A stretch of 64,000 nucleotides of DNA from the NCBI GenBank assembly GCA_965199715.1, contig OZ241322.1, forward strand, positions 1,097,226 to 1,161,225. Direction: 5' to 3'. This document shows positions 45,363 to 57,962 of the stretch, piece after piece. Each line of letters starts with the position of its first letter. The stretch's first letter is position 1. Under the pieces are notes generated by a model. It searched no databases. It was not told the origin of the DNA and was given only the letters and a program-made list of their open reading frames with translations. The translations under genes were made by a program, and so were the position numbers. This stretch comes from Vicinamibacteria bacterium (lineage in GTDB: Bacteria; Acidobacteriota; Vicinamibacteria; Marinacidobacterales; Marinacidobacteraceae).

Positions 45363-45761
45363 CTAGTTCCGGCGCCGCTTCGGCGGCCGGCACCCGTTGT
45401 GCGGAATCGGGGTCACGTCCTTGATGGACCGGATCGCGATCCCGGCGGCGTCCACGGCGCGGATGGCGGCCTCGCGCCCCGCCCCCGGTCCGCGGACGCG
45501 GACGTCCACGTGCGAGCAGCCGAGCGAGCGGGCCTCGCGGGCCGCGGCCCCCGCCGCCTGCTGGGCGGCGAACGGCGTCTGCTTCCGCGAGCCGCGGAAG
45601 CCCTGCGCTCCGGCGCTGGACCAGCAGACGACGTTCCCCGCGGGATCGGCGAACGTGATGATGGTGTTGTGGTACGTCGCGTGGATGGACACGACGCCGG
45701 CGGTCAGCGTCCGCCGCTCGCGGCGCTTGGCGGCGCGGCGCTTCGCTTTCTTCTTGGCCAT
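45363..45761 (-). CDS. rpsK: 30S ribosomal protein S11
   Basis: conserved sequence and order. Confidence 0.9.
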   Translation of the reverse strand: MAKKKAKRRAAKRRERRTLTAGVVSIHATYHNTIITFADPAGNVVCWSSAGAQGFRGSRKQTPFAAQQAAGAAAREARSLGCSHVDVRVRGPGAGREAAIRAVDAAGIAIRSIKDVTPIPHNGCRPPKRRRN

Positions 45762-45767
45762 GATGCC

Positions 45768-46118
45768 CTAGCGGCGGCGCGGTCCGCGGCGGGTCCGCGC
45801 GTTGGTCTTGGTGCGCTGGCCTCGGGCGGGGAGTCCCCGCCGGTGGCGCAGGCCCCGGTAACAGCCGATGTCCATGAGCCGCTTCAGGTCCATGGACAGA
45901 CGCTTCCTGAGATCTCCCTCGACCGCGCCCTCCTCGTCGAGGATGCGGCTGATCTGGCTGACCTCGTCCTGGCTCAGCTCGCTGATCCGACGCGATCCGT
46001 CGATCCCGGCGCGCTCGAGGATGACCTCCGAGCGATGCCGCCCGATCCCGAAGATGCGGGTCAGTCCGATGTCCACCCGCTTGGCGGGCGGCAGATCAAC
46101 GCCGGCGATGCGAGCCAT
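45768..46118 (-). CDS. rpsM: 30S ribosomal protein S13
   Basis: [10 protein letters not shown]... conserved. Confidence 0.9.
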   Translation of the reverse strand: MARIAGVDLPPAKRVDIGLTRIFGIGRHRSEVILERAGIDGSRRISELSQDEVSQISRILDEEGAVEGDLRKRLSMDLKRLMDIGCYRGLRHRRGLPARGQRTKTNARTRRGPRRR

Positions 46119-46145
46119 GGCGGCCTCCCGTTCGGGTCATGAGCG

Positions 46146-46259
46146 TCATCCCTGGCGCTGCTTGTGGCGCGGGTTCTCGCAGATCACCCGCACCACCCGG
46201 CGGCGGCGGACGATCTTGCACTTCGCGCAGATGCGACGGACCGATGCACGTACCTTCAC
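46146..46259 (-). CDS. rpmJ: 50S ribosomal protein L36
   Basis: GTG start, [37 protein letters not shown]; AGGAGG RBS. Confidence 0.8.
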   Translation of the reverse strand: MKVRASVRRICAKCKIVRRRRVVRVICENPRHKQRQG

Positions 46260-46268
46260 TGTCGCCTC

Positions 46269-46490
46269 CTACTTGCACCGATAGACGATGCGCCCGCGGG
46301 TCAGGTCGTAGGGCGAGAGCTCCACGAGCACCCGGTCCCCGGGCAGGACCTTGATGAAGCTCTTGCGCATCTTGCCTGACACGTGGGCGAGGACCTGATG
46401 GTCCCCGGTGTCGAGCTTCACTCGAAACATGGCGTTCGGCAGCGGCTCCATGACCACCGCCTCAACCGAGATGGCGTCTTCCTTCGACAA
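46269..46490 (-). CDS. infA: translation initiation factor IF-1
   Basis: 73 aa S1-like, conserved. Confidence 0.9.
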   Translation of the reverse strand: MSKEDAISVEAVVMEPLPNAMFRVKLDTGDHQVLAHVSGKMRKSFIKVLPGDRVLVELSPYDLTRGRIVYRCK

Positions 46491-47268
46491 TGGGTTCCCC
46501 TTGTTGGACGGCCCGGGCGCCGCGGGGCTCGCAGAGCACCCACGGGCCGGACTCGGTGATGGCGATGGACCGTTCGAAATGGGCCGACAGGCTGCCGTCG
46601 GAAGTGACGACCGTCCAGCCGTCGCGCTTCGCGGCGACCTCGGGACCGCCGCAGTTCACCATCGGCTCGATCGCCATGACGTCGCCGGCGGCCAGCCTGG
46701 CTCCCTGTCCCGGCGCGCCGAAATTGGGGACCCACGGCTCCATGTGGAGACTGGTCCCCACGCCGTGGCCGCCATATTCGCGCACGACCGAGTAGCCGTG
46801 CCGCTCGGCCCACGTCTGGACGGCGTGGCCGATGTCGGAAACCCGCCCGCCGGGACGGGCCATCTCGATGCCGGCGTACAGCGACTCCTCGGTGACCTTG
46901 AGCAGCCGGGCGGCCTCGTCGGAGATCGCGCCCACGGGGACGGTCATGGCGTTGTCGCCGTAGTAGCCGTCCACGATGCAGCCGAAGTCGAGGCTGACGA
47001 CGTCGCCTTCCTTGAGCCGCCGCCAGCGGGACGGAATCCCGTGGACGACCTCGTCGTTGACCGAAACGCACAGGCACGCGGGGAAGCCCCGATACCCCTT
47101 GAAGGCGGGCGGCACCCGGTGCCGCTTCAGGTTCCCGGCGGCGATGCGGTCGAGCTGCGCGGTGGTCATGCCAGGCTCGATCCGCTCCCGGATCAGCTTG
47201 AGCGTCTCCACGGTGATCGCGTTCGCCTGGTGCAGCTTGTCCAGCTCGGCGTCGGTGCGGGGGATCAC
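46462..47268 (-). CDS. map: methionine aminopeptidase type I
   Basis: metal ligands D/D/H/E/E positions conserved; 3' end overlaps infA by ~29 nt. Confidence 0.85.
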   Translation of the reverse strand: MIPRTDAELDKLHQANAITVETLKLIRERIEPGMTTAQLDRIAAGNLKRHRVPPAFKGYRGFPACLCVSVNDEVVHGIPSRWRRLKEGDVVSLDFGCIVDGYYGDNAMTVPVGAISDEAARLLKVTEESLYAGIEMARPGGRVSDIGHAVQTWAERHGYSVVREYGGHGVGTSLHMEPWVPNFGAPGQGARLAAGDVMAIEPMVNCGGPEVAAKRDGWTVVTSDGSLSAHFERSIAITESGPWVLCEPRGARAVQQGEPIVEGRRHLG

Positions 47269-47837
47269 GCCGGAACCTCCGTTTCCTGGAGGGCGGAGCG
47301 CAGCCGCCGGGCGATCTCCTCGGGGGCCCCCACGCCGTCGATCTCGGCGAGGTCGTCCCGGTAGTGGTCGAGGAGGGGACGGGTCTGCGCCTCGTACACG
47401 TCGAGCCGCGCCTCGAAGGCGCTTTCGGAGTCGTCCTGCCGGCCTTCCTCGAGGCGGCGGCCGCGGATGCGGGCGACGAGCTCCTCCCGGGGCACCGCGA
47501 GGTTCAGGACGGCGCTCCGGGCGCCGAGCCGGTCGAGCGCGCCGCCGAGCGCCTCGGCCTGCGCCCCGGTGCGGGGGAACCCGTCGAGCACGGCCCCGCG
47601 CTCGCAGTCGCTGCGGGAGAGGCGCTCCTCCATGATCCCGATCATCGTGGGATCGTCCACGAGCTTCCCGGCGGCCATGACCTCGCGCGCCCGGCGCCCG
47701 AGCTCGGAGTCGCCCGCCGCCGCCTCGCGCAGGATGACGCCGGTGGAGACGTGCGGGATCCCGAGATCGCGCGCCAGGCCGGCGGCCTGGGTGCCCTTGC
47801 CCGCGCCCGGGGGGCCGAGCAGGATGATCGCGAGCAC
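47265..47837 (-). CDS. adk: adenylate kinase
   Basis: P-loop GPPGAGKGT; short LID. Confidence 0.9.
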   Translation of the reverse strand: MLAIILLGPPGAGKGTQAAGLARDLGIPHVSTGVILREAAAGDSELGRRAREVMAAGKLVDDPTMIGIMEERLSRSDCERGAVLDGFPRTGAQAEALGGALDRLGARSAVLNLAVPREELVARIRGRRLEEGRQDDSESAFEARLDVYEAQTRPLLDHYRDDLAEIDGVGAPEEIARRLRSALQETEVPA

Positions 47838-47838
47838 G

Positions 47839-49221
47839 TCAGCGCCGCCCCCGGACCCGTCCGCGCTTCAGGAACCCGTCGTAGTTCCGCATGATGAGCT
47901 GGCTTTCGACCTGTTGCGCGGTGTCCATCGCGACGCCCACCACGATGAGGAGCGAGGTCCCCCCGAAGTAGAACTGGATCCCGAAGCCCTGGGTCACGAA
48001 CGCGGGCAGCATCGACTCGAGCCACGGGCCGATGACCGGCAGCGGCCCGACGTTGAAGCCGCCAATGAGGAAGTCGGGCAGCACCGAGACGGCGGACAGG
48101 TAGAGCGCGCCGACGAAGGTGAGCCGGGTCAGGACCGAGTCGAGGTAGCGGGCGGTCTTGCGGCCCGGGCGGATGCCGGGGATGTAGCCGCCGCTCTTTC
48201 GCATGTTGTCGGCCACGTCCTCGGGCTTGAAGACGATCGCGGTATAGAAGTAGCAGAAGAAGATGATCGCGGTGACGTACAGCAGCGTGTACAGCGGCAT
48301 GCCGAAGCTGAGCTGCTGCACGATGGCCGACATCCAGCGGCTTCCCTGGAAGACCGAGGCGAAGGTCTGCGGGAGCGCGATGATGGACGCGGCGAAGATC
48401 ACCGGGATCACGCCGCCGGTGTTGATCTTGAGCGGGATGTGGGTCGCCTGCCCCTGGTACATCCGCCGGCCCACGAACCGCTTGGCGTACTGGACCGGAA
48501 TCCGCCGCTGGCCGCGCTCGACGAGGACGATGAACGCGAGCACCCCGACCATGAAGGCGAGGAGCGCCAGCACCGCGAGGATCGAGCGCTGCCCGAGGCT
48601 GATCTCGCTGAAGGTGGTCAGGATCGCGGACGGGAAGGCCACGACGATGCCCGCGAAGATGAGCAGCGACATGCCGTTGCCGATGCCGCGCTCGGTGATC
48701 TGCTCGCCGAGCCACATCACGAACACGGTGCCGGCGGTCATCGTGATCACCGTCATCAGGGTGAACGCGACGCCGGGATCGGGGACGAGCTGCATGCCCT
48801 CGCCGAGCGTCTGGCTCTGGAGGAAGATCGCGATGCCCGCCGACTGGATCACCGCGAGGATGACCGTGCCGTAGCGGGTGTACTGGGTGATCTTCTTCCG
48901 GCCGAGGTCGCCTTCCTTGCTGAGCCGCTCGAGGTAGGGCCACACGAGCGTCAGCAACTGCAGGATGATGGACGCGGTGATGTACGGCATGATGCCGAGC
49001 GCGAACACCGTCACCTGCGAGAGGTTGCCGCCGGAGAACATGTCGGCGAACCCGAACCACGTGCCCCGGTTCTGCTCGAAGAACTCCACGAGCGCCCGCG
49101 GATCGACTCCGGGGGTCGGGACGTGGCTGCCGAGGCGGTACACCGCGAGAATCCCGAGGGTGAACAGGATCCGATTCCGGAGGTCCGGAATCCGGGCGAT
49201 CCGCCGCAGGCTGTCGATCAT
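47839..49221 (-). CDS. secY: preprotein translocase subunit SecY
   Basis: 10 TM, conserved SecY regions. Confidence 0.9.
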   Translation of the reverse strand: MIDSLRRIARIPDLRNRILFTLGILAVYRLGSHVPTPGVDPRALVEFFEQNRGTWFGFADMFSGGNLSQVTVFALGIMPYITASIILQLLTLVWPYLERLSKEGDLGRKKITQYTRYGTVILAVIQSAGIAIFLQSQTLGEGMQLVPDPGVAFTLMTVITMTAGTVFVMWLGEQITERGIGNGMSLLIFAGIVVAFPSAILTTFSEISLGQRSILAVLALLAFMVGVLAFIVLVERGQRRIPVQYAKRFVGRRMYQGQATHIPLKINTGGVIPVIFAASIIALPQTFASVFQGSRWMSAIVQQLSFGMPLYTLLYVTAIIFFCYFYTAIVFKPEDVADNMRKSGGYIPGIRPGRKTARYLDSVLTRLTFVGALYLSAVSVLPDFLIGGFNVGPLPVIGPWLESMLPAFVTQGFGIQFYFGGTSLLIVVGVAMDTAQQVESQLIMRNYDGFLKRGRVRGRR

Positions 49222-49223
49222 CG

Positions 49224-49706
49224 TCAGACGGCCTCGAGCACGACCGCGGTTCCGCCCGCGGCCTCGATCTTCCGGCGGGCGCTGGCGCTGAAGGCGTGGG
49301 CCTCGACCGTGAGGCCGCGGTCGATCTCGCCGTCGCCGAGCACCTTGTAGCGGAACGGGCGCGACGAGGCGATCGCGTCGTCCCGGACGTGGGCGTTGCG
49401 CAGCACCCGGGCCTTGACGAGGTCGATTCCGGTGACGGTGGCGCCGGCCTCGAACCGGGCGAGATCGGCGACGTGGACCACCGCGTACTCGCGGCGGAAC
49501 TTGTTGTGGAAGCCGCGCTTCGGAACGCGCCGGATGAGCGGCATCTGGCCGCCCTCGAAGCCGCGCCGGAGCGAGTAGCCGGAGCGCGACTTCGCGCCCT
49601 TGTGGCCCCGCCCGCTGGTCTTGCCCGCGCCCGACCCCGGGCCGCGCCCGACGCGCTTGCGGGGACGGACCGCGCCTTCGGCCGGACTGAGTTCGTGAAG
49701 GCTCAT
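49224..49706 (-). CDS. rplO: 50S ribosomal protein L15
   Basis: conserved. Confidence 0.9.
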   Translation of the reverse strand: MSLHELSPAEGAVRPRKRVGRGPGSGAGKTSGRGHKGAKSRSGYSLRRGFEGGQMPLIRRVPKRGFHNKFRREYAVVHVADLARFEAGATVTGIDLVKARVLRNAHVRDDAIASSRPFRYKVLGDGEIDRGLTVEAHAFSASARRKIEAAGGTAVVLEAV

Positions 49707-49915
49707 GCCGATCCTTCCCCCTCGACCACGCGCACCAGATGGGGCACCTTGCGGATCATTCCGCGGGTCATCGCGTTGTCCGGACGCACCGCCGAGCTGC
49801 CGACGCGCCGCAGCCCGAGGCCGCGCACGACCTCCCGCTGGTACTTCGTCGAGCCGGCGAGGCCGCGCACGAGGCGCACGGTCACGGTGGGGCGGTCTTC
49901 CGCTTGCGCGCTCAC
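49703..49915 (-). CDS. rpmD: 50S ribosomal protein L30
   Basis: conserved. Confidence 0.85.
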   Translation of the reverse strand: MSAQAEDRPTVTVRLVRGLAGSTKYQREVVRGLGLRRVGSSAVRPDNAMTRGMIRKVPHLVRVVEGEGSA

Positions 49916-50466
49916 GCCCGGATCTCCGCCTCGATCTCGCTCGCGTCCTTGCCCCGCAGCTCGGCGACGGCGGCGGCGGAGCGGAGCGAGAGCAATCCCC
50001 GCATGGTCGCCTCGACCACGTTCTTCGGGTTCGTGGTTCCGAGCGACTTGGTCAGGATGTCCTTGATCCCCGCGAGCTCGATGACCGCGCGGACCGCGCC
50101 GCCGGCGATCACGCCGGTTCCTTCGGACGCGGGCTTGAGCAGCACCCGTCCGGCGCCGAAGACCCCGACCACCTGATGGGCGATCGTCGTGCCGACGCGG
50201 GGGATGGGCTTCAGGTTCTTCTTGGCGATCTCGATCCCCTTCTTGATCGCCGACGGCACCTCGCGGGCCTTGCCGAGGCCGAAGCCAACCTTGCCGTTCT
50301 CGTTGCCGACGACCACGAGCACCGAGAAGGACAGGTTCTTGCCGCCCTTGACCACCTTGGTGACCCGGTTGATGAAGACGACCTTGTCCTTGAGCTCCGG
50401 ATCTCCGGTCCGCTCAAGCTGGGTGTTGCGAGGGCCCCTCGGGGACCGCCGTCCGCCCGAATCCAT
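49912..50466 (-). CDS. rpsE: 30S ribosomal protein S5
   Basis: conserved; start refined to internal ATG (track ORF extends to 50535). Confidence 0.85.
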   Translation of the reverse strand: MDSGGRRSPRGPRNTQLERTGDPELKDKVVFINRVTKVVKGGKNLSFSVLVVVGNENGKVGFGLGKAREVPSAIKKGIEIAKKNLKPIPRVGTTIAHQVVGVFGAGRVLLKPASEGTGVIAGGAVRAVIELAGIKDILTKSLGTTNPKNVVEATMRGLLSLRSAAAVAELRGKDASEIEAEIRA

Positions 50467-50468
50467 GC

Positions 50469-50834
50469 TCAGCACCGGACTCCTCCTTCGCGCACCGCGT
50501 CCGCGAGCGCCTTGACCCGGCCGTGGTAGAGACATCCTCCGCGGTCGAAAACCACCTGCTGGAGTCCGGCGGAGCGCAGCCGGCCGGCGATGGCCGATCC
50601 GACCCGGGCCGCGCCGGCGACGTTCCCGCCCTTCGCGCCGTCTTGGGGCAGCTCGGTCTCGAGGCTGGAGGCCGCGGCCAGCGTCCTCCCGTTCACGTCA
50701 TCCACGACCTGGGCGTAGATGTGCTTGAGCGACCGGTACACCGAGAGCCGCGGACGCTCCGGCGTGCCGGACACCTTCCTGCGGACGCGCGCGTGGATGC
50801 GCCGGCGCACCTGCCGACGAGTCATGTTGGCCAT
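50469..50834 (-). CDS. rplR: 50S ribosomal protein L18
   Basis: conserved. Confidence 0.9.
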   Translation of the reverse strand: MANMTRRQVRRRIHARVRRKVSGTPERPRLSVYRSLKHIYAQVVDDVNGRTLAAASSLETELPQDGAKGGNVAGAARVGSAIAGRLRSAGLQQVVFDRGGCLYHGRVKALADAVREGGVRC

Positions 50835-50856
50835 TTCGAATCCTTCGGCTCCCCGG

Positions 50857-51390
50857 TCATCCGGTCTTCTTGCCGGCCTTCTTGACGAGGCGCTCGCCGG
50901 TGTAGCGGACGCCCTTTTGCTTGTAGGGATCGGGTTTGCGCAGCGCGCGCATCCGCGCCGCCACCGCTCCCACGAGCTGCTTGTCGAAGCCGCGCACCAC
51001 GACGTGGGTGTTCTTCTCGATCTCGACCTCGATTCCGTCCGGCAGCGGCACCCGGATCGGATGGGAGTAGCCGAGCGCGAACTCGACCTCGCGGCCGACG
51101 TTCTTGGCCCGGTAGCCGACCCCGACGATGTCCAGCTCCTTCTTGAAGCCCTCGGACACGCCGGTCACCGCGTTCGCGAGCAGCGCCCGGGCGAGGCCCC
51201 AGAACGCGCGGTTGCGGCCCTCGCCGTCCATCGCGGCGACGACGCTCCCCCCGTCCTGCGAGAAGCGGATCCCCGGCGGAATCGGGGTCGTGAGCGAGCC
51301 CTTCGGCCCCTTCACCGCGACTTCGCGGTCGCCGATGGACACGGTCACGCCGGCCGGCACCGGAATCGGCTTCGCGCCTATGCGGGACAT
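50857..51390 (-). CDS. rplF: 50S ribosomal protein L6
   Basis: conserved. Confidence 0.9.
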   Translation of the reverse strand: MSRIGAKPIPVPAGVTVSIGDREVAVKGPKGSLTTPIPPGIRFSQDGGSVVAAMDGEGRNRAFWGLARALLANAVTGVSEGFKKELDIVGVGYRAKNVGREVEFALGYSHPIRVPLPDGIEVEIEKNTHVVVRGFDKQLVGAVAARMRALRKPDPYKQKGVRYTGERLVKKAGKKTG

Positions 51391-51394
51391 GGAG

Positions 51395-51790
51395 TCACCA
51401 GACCTTGAGCAGCACTTCGCCGCCCACGCCGCGCTCGCGCGCCTCGCGCCCGGTCATCACGCCCCGCGACGTGGAGAGCACGGTGACGCCGAGCCCGCCC
51501 TGCGACTTGGGGATGTTCGCCTTGGCGACGTACACCCGGACGCCCGGGCGCGACACCCGCTGGAGGTCGGTGAGCGCGGCGCGGTTCCCCGGAAGCCGGC
51601 GCAGCCGGATGCGGATCGCGTCCTGCGGCTCCTGCGACACGACTTCCCAGCCGGAGATGTAGCCCTCCTGGGCGAGGATGCGGGCGATCTCCTGCTTGAT
51701 TCCGGAGGACGGCACCTCCACCACGTCGTGCCGCGCCTGGTTGGCGTTGCGCAGCCGGGTGAGCATGTCGGCGATCGGGTCGGACCACAT
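51395..51790 (-). CDS. rpsH: 30S ribosomal protein S8
   Basis: conserved. Confidence 0.9.
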   Translation of the reverse strand: MWSDPIADMLTRLRNANQARHDVVEVPSSGIKQEIARILAQEGYISGWEVVSQEPQDAIRIRLRRLPGNRAALTDLQRVSRPGVRVYVAKANIPKSQGGLGVTVLSTSRGVMTGREARERGVGGEVLLKVW

Positions 51791-51800
51791 GTGAGACTCC

Positions 51801-51995
51801 CTACCAGCTCGCCTTGATGACGCCGGGGATTTCTCCGGCGAGGGCCAGCTTCCGGAAGCAGAGTCGGCAGAGGCCGAACTTCCGGTAATACGCCCGGGGG
51901 CGGCCGCACTGGCGGCAACGGTTGTGCCGCCTCGAGGAATACCGCTTCCAGGTCCTCGGGTTCTTGGACCTCGCGATCAGGGACTTCTTGGCCAA
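51801..51995 (-). CDS. rpsN: 30S ribosomal protein S14 type Z (zinc-binding, 64 aa)
   Basis: [10 protein letters not shown]...CRLC zinc ribbon. Confidence 0.9.
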   Translation of the reverse strand: MAKKSLIARSKNPRTWKRYSSRRHNRCRQCGRPRAYYRKFGLCRLCFRKLALAGEIPGVIKASW

Positions 51996-52005
51996 ACCGT
52001 GTTCC

Positions 52006-52554
52006 TCAGGCGTCCGGACGCACGAAGGGCATGCCGAACTTCCGCAGAAGCTCCCTCGCGTCCCCGTCGCGCGTCGCCGTGGTGCAGAAAGTGATGTTCA
52101 TCCCGCGGGTCTTCTCGATCTTGGAGTAGTCGATCTCGGGAAACACCGACTGGTCGGTGAGCCCGAGCGTGTAGTTGCCGCGACCGTCGAAGGAGCGGTC
52201 GGGCACGCCGCGGAAGTCATGGACCCGGGGCAACGCGATGTTGACCAGCCGGTCCAGGAACTCGTACATGCGCACGCCCCGCAGGGTGACCCGGACCCCG
52301 ACCGGCACGCCCTCGCGGATCTTGAAGTTCGCGATGGACCTGCGGGCGCGGGTCACGACCGGCTTCTGCCCGGAGATGAGCGTCAGGTCGGCGACCGCGG
52401 CCTCGATGAACTTGTGCTCGCGCGAGCCTTCCCCGACCCCGATGTTGATGACGATCCGGGTCAGTCGGGGCACGTCGTGGACGCTCGCGATGGCGAGCGT
52501 CTCGCGCAGTTCGCCGGCGATGGTCTCGCGGTAGAGGGTCCGGAGCCGGCTCAC
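52006..52554 (-). CDS. rplE: 50S ribosomal protein L5
   Basis: conserved. Confidence 0.9.
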   Translation of the reverse strand: MSRLRTLYRETIAGELRETLAIASVHDVPRLTRIVINIGVGEGSREHKFIEAAVADLTLISGQKPVVTRARRSIANFKIREGVPVGVRVTLRGVRMYEFLDRLVNIALPRVHDFRGVPDRSFDGRGNYTLGLTDQSVFPEIDYSKIEKTRGMNITFCTTATRDGDARELLRKFGMPFVRPDA

Positions 52555-52910
52555 TTGTCGATCACTCCCTCGGAGCGGACGCTCACGCGCACCTTGCGGC
52601 CGTCGGTGAGGCGGCTGCGGCGGATGCGGGTGGGCTGGTTGGACTCCGGATCCACGAGCATCACGTTGCTGACGTGGATCGCGCCCTCGCGCTCCACCAC
52701 GCCGCCCTTGATGTTCTGCCGCGGGTTCGGGCGGGTGTGCCGCTTGATCATGTGGATCCCCTCGACGATCACGCGAAACGTTTCGGGGAACGTCCGGAGA
52801 ACCTTGCCGCGCTTGCCGACGTCCTTGCCGGCCATGACCTGCACGAGGTCGTCCTTCTTGACGTGAAGGCGCCTCGGGGCGGCCCGGGAATCGCGGGTCT
52901 TCTTCGCCAT
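52551..52910 (-). CDS. rplX: 50S ribosomal protein L24
   Basis: MAKKTRDSRAAPRRLHVKKDDLVQV... KOW motif; start refined inside track ORF 52551..53483. Confidence 0.85.
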   Translation of the reverse strand: MAKKTRDSRAAPRRLHVKKDDLVQVMAGKDVGKRGKVLRTFPETFRVIVEGIHMIKRHTRPNPRQNIKGGVVEREGAIHVSNVMLVDPESNQPTRIRRSRLTDGRKVRVSVRSEGVIDK

Positions 52911-52912
52911 GG

Positions 52913-53281
52913 TCACAAGACCTCCGGCGCGAGCGAAACGATCCGCATGAACTGCCGCTCGCGCAGTTCCCGGGCGACCGGCCCGAAGACGCGGGTGCCG
53001 GTGGGTTCGCGCTGCTCGTTGATGAGCACGACGGCGTTGTCGCCGAAGCGGATGTAGGAACCGTCGGGGCGGCGGTGCTCCTTGCGGGTGCGGACGATGA
53101 CCGCGCGCACGACCGCGCCCTTCTTCACCGCGCCGCCGGGCGCGGCCTCGCGGACCGAGGCGGTGATGACGTCGCCCAAGCGGGCGATCTTCCCCACTCC
53201 GCCGCCGAGCGGCAGGATGCAGGTCACCCGGCGGGCGCCCGAGTTGTCGGCCACCTGGAGGACCGACTGCATCTGGATCAT
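52913..53281 (-). CDS. rplN: 50S ribosomal protein L14
   Basis: [17 protein letters not shown]...; start refined inside track ORF 52913..53341. Confidence 0.85.
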   Translation of the reverse strand: MIQMQSVLQVADNSGARRVTCILPLGGGVGKIARLGDVITASVREAAPGGAVKKGAVVRAVIVRTRKEHRRPDGSYIRFGDNAVVLINEQREPTGTRVFGPVARELRERQFMRIVSLAPEVL

Positions 53282-53523
53282 GAGGCCCGCTCCATGACCC
53301 GCAGCAGCCGCCACCGCTTGGTGCGCGACATCGGCCGGCACTCCTCGATCTGCACCCGGTCGCCGACCTGCCCCTCGTTGCGCTCGTCGTGCACCGAGAA
53401 ACGGGCCGACTGCTTGTAGCGGCGCTTGTAGAGGGGGTGCTCCACGAGACGATCCACCCGGACGGTGATCGACTTGTCGGCACGGTCGGAGACTACGGTC
53501 CCGATCCGAATCAGCTTAGGCAT
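53278..53523 (-). CDS. rpsQ: 30S ribosomal protein S17
   Basis: conserved. Confidence 0.9.
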   Translation of the reverse strand: MPKLIRIGTVVSDRADKSITVRVDRLVEHPLYKRRYKQSARFSVHDERNEGQVGDRVQIEECRPMSRTKRWRLLRVMERAS

Positions 53524-53538
53524 GGCTGGCGTTCATCC

Positions 53539-53760
53539 TCACGAGTCCGATCCGCTCCCGGCGTCACGGATTCCGAGCTCGCGCTCCCGGGCGATCGTGC
53601 GCATCCGCGCCACCGCGCGCCGGAGCGTCCGCACCCGGTGGTTCTGGCCCGACTGGCCGGTCGCCGCCTCGACCCGGGCGTCGAAGAGCTCGCGGATCGT
53701 CTCGTCGCGCTTCCTCAGCAGCTCCTCGTAGGGGAGCTCGCGGATCTCGCTGGCCTTCAC
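53539..53760 (-). CDS. rpmC: 50S ribosomal protein L29
   Basis: conserved. Confidence 0.85.
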   Translation of the reverse strand: MKASEIRELPYEELLRKRDETIRELFDARVEAATGQSGQNHRVRTLRRAVARMRTIARERELGIRDAGSGSDS

Positions 53761-54179
53761 GACGGCTCCTCCTCGAACCGGCCGAGGAACATGGTCCTGA
53801 CCGGCAGCTTGTGGCTGGCGAGGCGCATGGCCTCGGCGGCGTGCTCCCGGCTGACTCCCTCAAGCTCGAAGAGCACCCGTCCGGGCCGCACCACGGCGAC
53901 CCAGCCCTCGGGTCCGCCCTTGCCCTTGCCCATCCGCGTCTCCTGCGGCTTCCGGGTGAACGGCTTGTCCGGGAAGATCCGGATCCAGACGCGCCCGCTG
54001 CGCTTCACCGAACGGGTGATCGCGACCCGGGCCGCCTCGATCTGCCGGCTGGTGATCCAGCCCGGCTCCAGCGTCTTGAGCCCGTAGTCGCCGAACGCGA
54101 CCGTCTGGCCGGTCCACGACTTGCCCCGCATGCGGCCCCGCTGCTGCTTGCGGTAGCGGGTCTTCTTCGGAGAGAGCAT
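53757..54179 (-). CDS. rplP: 50S ribosomal protein L16
   Basis: conserved. Confidence 0.9.
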   Translation of the reverse strand: MLSPKKTRYRKQQRGRMRGKSWTGQTVAFGDYGLKTLEPGWITSRQIEAARVAITRSVKRSGRVWIRIFPDKPFTRKPQETRMGKGKGGPEGWVAVVRPGRVLFELEGVSREHAAEAMRLASHKLPVRTMFLGRFEEEPS

Positions 54180-54191
54180 GATCGTTCAGCC

Positions 54192-54881
54192 TCAGTCGGA
54201 CGCTCGGGAAGGCGCGGCGCGGCGCGGGGGAGGAGGCGGCGGCATCGACGGCTCGCCGACCTCGCCCGGCCCCCGATAGACCCAGCACTTCACGCCGATC
54301 TGCCCGTAGGTGGTCCGGGCCTCGGCGAGGCCGTAGTCGATGTTGGCCTTGAGCGTGTGGAGCGGGAGCTGGCCCTCGAGGTACCACTCGGCGCGGGCGA
54401 TGTCGGCCCCGTTCAGCCGCCCGGCGCAGCGGATCCGCACGCCCTTCGCGCCGTTGCGCATGGTGTTCTCGACCGCCTTGCGCATGGCCCGGCGGAACGC
54501 GATCCGCTTTTCGAGCTGGAGCGCGATGGATTCGGCGACGAGCTGCGGATCCAGCTCCGGCTTGATGACCTCGAGCGGCCGGATGTGGACTTCCTTCCCG
54601 GTCCGCCGCCGGAGCTCCCTCGTGAGCTTCTCGACCTCGGTGCCCTTGCGCCCGATGATGATGCCGGGCCGGGAGGTGTGGATGTAGATGTTCAGGTTGT
54701 TGCCGGGACGCTCGATCTCCACCCGCGAGATCCCGGCGTGGTAGAGCCGCTGCTTCAACAGGCGCCGCAGGTCCAGGTCCTCATGCAGCGAGTCCTGGTA
54801 ATTCCCCGAGGCGTACCAGCGCGAGCGCCACGTCTTGGTGTACCCGAGCCGGAAGCCCAGGGGATGCACTTTCTGGCCCAT
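54192..54881 (-). CDS. rpsC: 30S ribosomal protein S3 (Pro-rich C-terminal tail)
   Basis: [18 protein letters not shown]... KH domain; start refined inside track ORF 54192..55220. Confidence 0.85.
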   Translation of the reverse strand: MGQKVHPLGFRLGYTKTWRSRWYASGNYQDSLHEDLDLRRLLKQRLYHAGISRVEIERPGNNLNIYIHTSRPGIIIGRKGTEVEKLTRELRRRTGKEVHIRPLEVIKPELDPQLVAESIALQLEKRIAFRRAMRKAVENTMRNGAKGVRIRCAGRLNGADIARAEWYLEGQLPLHTLKANIDYGLAEARTTYGQIGVKCWVYRGPGEVGEPSMPPPPPPRRAAPSRASD

Positions 54882-54883
54882 GC

Positions 54884-55249
54884 CTACTGTCCCTCTTCTT
54901 CCTCGGCCCGCACGCGGATCGTGTAGTGGGTGGTTCGGCGGCGGATGCGGCGGATGCGGGCCCGGCGGCCGCTGCGGCCGATGGTCCGGGCCGGCCCCTC
55001 GTCGGCGAACGCCTCGGCCACGACGAGCCGGTCCTCGTCCAGCCGGCGCGCCTCGTCGAGGGCCCGGGTCTGGGCGTTGGCGATCGCCGAACGGAGCACC
55101 TGCTCGATCACCGGCGCCGCGGCGCGGTTCGTGTTCTGGAGGATGGCGATGGCCTTCGCGGCGGACCGGCGCCGGATCAGGTCCAGCACCAGGCGACCCT
55201 TCTGGGCCGATCCCGGGCACGCGCGGGCGCGGGCGACGGCTTCGATCAT
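54884..55249 (-). CDS. rplV: 50S ribosomal protein L22
   Basis: conserved. Confidence 0.9.
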   Translation of the reverse strand: MIEAVARARACPGSAQKGRLVLDLIRRRSAAKAIAILQNTNRAAAPVIEQVLRSAIANAQTRALDEARRLDEDRLVVAEAFADEGPARTIGRSGRRARIRRIRRRTTHYTIRVRAEEEEGQ

Positions 55250-55280
55250 CGGACGCCTCCGGAGCGGGGAGCGAGGGCCA

Positions 55281-55565
55281 TCAGCGCCGCCGCCCCGACT
55301 TGTCGGTCTTGACCTTGTGGCCCCGGAAGGTCCGCGTGGGCGAGAACTCGCCCAGCTTGTGGCCCACCATGTTGTCGGTCACGTACACCGGAATGAACTT
55401 CTTGCCGTTGTGGACGGCGAACGTCATTCCGACCATCTCGGGACTGATCGTGGAGCGGCGCGACCAGGTCTTGATGACCGACTGGCGGCGCGCGTCCATG
55501 GCGGACTCCACCTTCTGGATGAGGCTCTCCTCGATGAAGGGGCCCTTCTTGACCGAACGCGGCAT
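55281..55565 (-). CDS. rpsS: 30S ribosomal protein S19
   Basis: conserved. Confidence 0.9.
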   Translation of the reverse strand: MPRSVKKGPFIEESLIQKVESAMDARRQSVIKTWSRRSTISPEMVGMTFAVHNGKKFIPVYVTDNMVGHKLGEFSPTRTFRGHKVKTDKSGRRR

Positions 55566-55574
55566 GAGACCTCC

Positions 55575-56410
<836 letters not shown>

Positions 56411-56411
<1 letters not shown>

Positions 56412-56698
56412 CACACGCCCTTGAAGAGATCGATGGCGTCGCCGTCCCGAAGCGACACGAAGGCCTTCTTCCACGACGGGCGCGGCCCGCGGAAACGCCC
56501 CCACCGCTTCATCTTGCCCTTGCGGTTGGCGGTGCGCACTCCGGTCACCTTCACGTCGAACAGATGCTCGATCGCCTGGCGGATCTCCACCTTGTTCGCG
56601 CCCGGGCGCACCCGGAAGCAGAACGTGTTGCGGGTCTCCTGAAGCCGGTCCGCCTTCTCGGTGGTGAGCGGCCCGAGGATGACCTGATCAGTCCGCAT
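56411..56698 (-). CDS. rplW: 50S ribosomal protein L23
   Basis: conserved. Confidence 0.9.
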
Positions 56699-57341
56699 CG
56701 GACCCTCCCGACTCGCGGTACTTGCGAGAGACCGCCTCGAGCGCGGAGGCGCGGATCACGACCGCGTCCGCCTTGAGGACGTCGTAGCAGTGGAGCCGGC
56801 GCACCGAAACCACCTCGACGCGCTGGAGGTTTCGCGCCGAGAGCTCGAGCTCCCTCGACGGCGCCTCGTCCACGAGGAGCACGCGGCCGCCGCCGAGGCC
56901 CCAGCTCTCGATCCGCTTCGCGAGCTCGCGGGTCGAGGGCTTCTCGAACGCGAGGTCGGCCACCACCCGGACCGCGCCGGCGGCGGCGCGCAGCGAGAGC
57001 GCGGACCGGCCGGCCCCGCGCTGCATGCGCCCGGGGAGGCGGTACGAGTAGTCGCGCGGCTGCGGCCCGAAGACCGTTCCGCCACCGCGCCACAGCGGGT
57101 TCCGGCGGCTGCCCGTGCGGGCGTTGCCGGTGCCCTTCTGCCGCCAGGGCTTGCGGCCGCCGCCCCGGACCTTCGCCCGGTTCTTCGTGGCGTGCGTGCC
57201 GGTGCGCTGGCCCGCCATGCGCTGGCGGACCGCGTCGTAGTGGAGCGCCGGATTCACCTCCACCCCGAACACGGCGGGATCGAGCTCGACCGGAGCTCCG
57301 CCCGGCTCGACCGGGTTCGCGACCAGCGTCGTCTCGCTCAC
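56688..57341 (-). CDS. rplD: 50S ribosomal protein L4
   Basis: GTG start [10 protein letters not shown]...; GTGA overlap with rplC. Confidence 0.85.
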   Translation of the reverse strand: MSETTLVANPVEPGGAPVELDPAVFGVEVNPALHYDAVRQRMAGQRTGTHATKNRAKVRGGGRKPWRQKGTGNARTGSRRNPLWRGGGTVFGPQPRDYSYRLPGRMQRGAGRSALSLRAAAGAVRVVADLAFEKPSTRELAKRIESWGLGGGRVLLVDEAPSRELELSARNLQRVEVVSVRRLHCYDVLKADAVVIRASALEAVSRKYRESGGSDAD

Positions 57342-57952
57342 GACTTCCTCACCTCGACGTAGCCGCCCTTCGGGCCGGGCACCGCGCCGCGCACGAGGAG
57401 CAGGTTCTGCTCCGGATCCACCTTCACCACCCGAAGGTTGCGCACGGTCACGCGGGCGTGGCCGAGGTGGCCGGGAAGCCGGGTTCCCGGAAGCACCCGG
57501 GAAGGCGTGGCGCACATCCCGATCGCGCCCGGCGACCGGTGGAACTTGGAGCCGTGCGACCCGGGGCCGCCGCCGAAGCCGTGGCGGCGCATCACGCCGG
57601 CGAAGCCCTTGCCCTTGCTCACGCCGCTCACGCGCACGCGTTCGTCCGGCGCGAACTGGTCCGCGCCGAGCCGGGTTCCCACTTCGGGATCCTCGCCGTC
57701 CGCCGGACGGAACTCGCGCAGCGGAAACGCCGCCACCTTCGCGGCGGAGCGGCGCATCGCGGCGCGTCCGCGCCGGGTCGTGCGCCCCTGCTGCTCGAGA
57801 CCGACGAGCACCGACCGGTAGCCTTCGCGCTCGGGGGTCTTGCGCTGCAGCACCACGCAGGGCCCAACCCGCAGCACCGTGACCGGGACGACCTTGCCGT
57901 CGTCGGCGAAGTGCTGGGTCATCCCCAGCTTCACGCCAAGCAGTCCTTCCAT
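57338..57952 (-). CDS. rplC: 50S ribosomal protein L3
   Basis: conserved. Confidence 0.9.
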   Translation of the reverse strand: MEGLLGVKLGMTQHFADDGKVVPVTVLRVGPCVVLQRKTPEREGYRSVLVGLEQQGRTTRRGRAAMRRSAAKVAAFPLREFRPADGEDPEVGTRLGADQFAPDERVRVSGVSKGKGFAGVMRRHGFGGGPGSHGSKFHRSPGAIGMCATPSRVLPGTRLPGHLGHARVTVRNLRVVKVDPEQNLLLVRGAVPGPKGGYVEVRKS

Positions 57953-57962
57953 GCCGATCCCC

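Noticed and set aside
47467-49350. 627-aa plus-strand ORF (and 57840..60671 plus ORF, 943 aa)
   Set aside because: Antisense of secY/adk and of fusA/rpsJ; low-complexity translations
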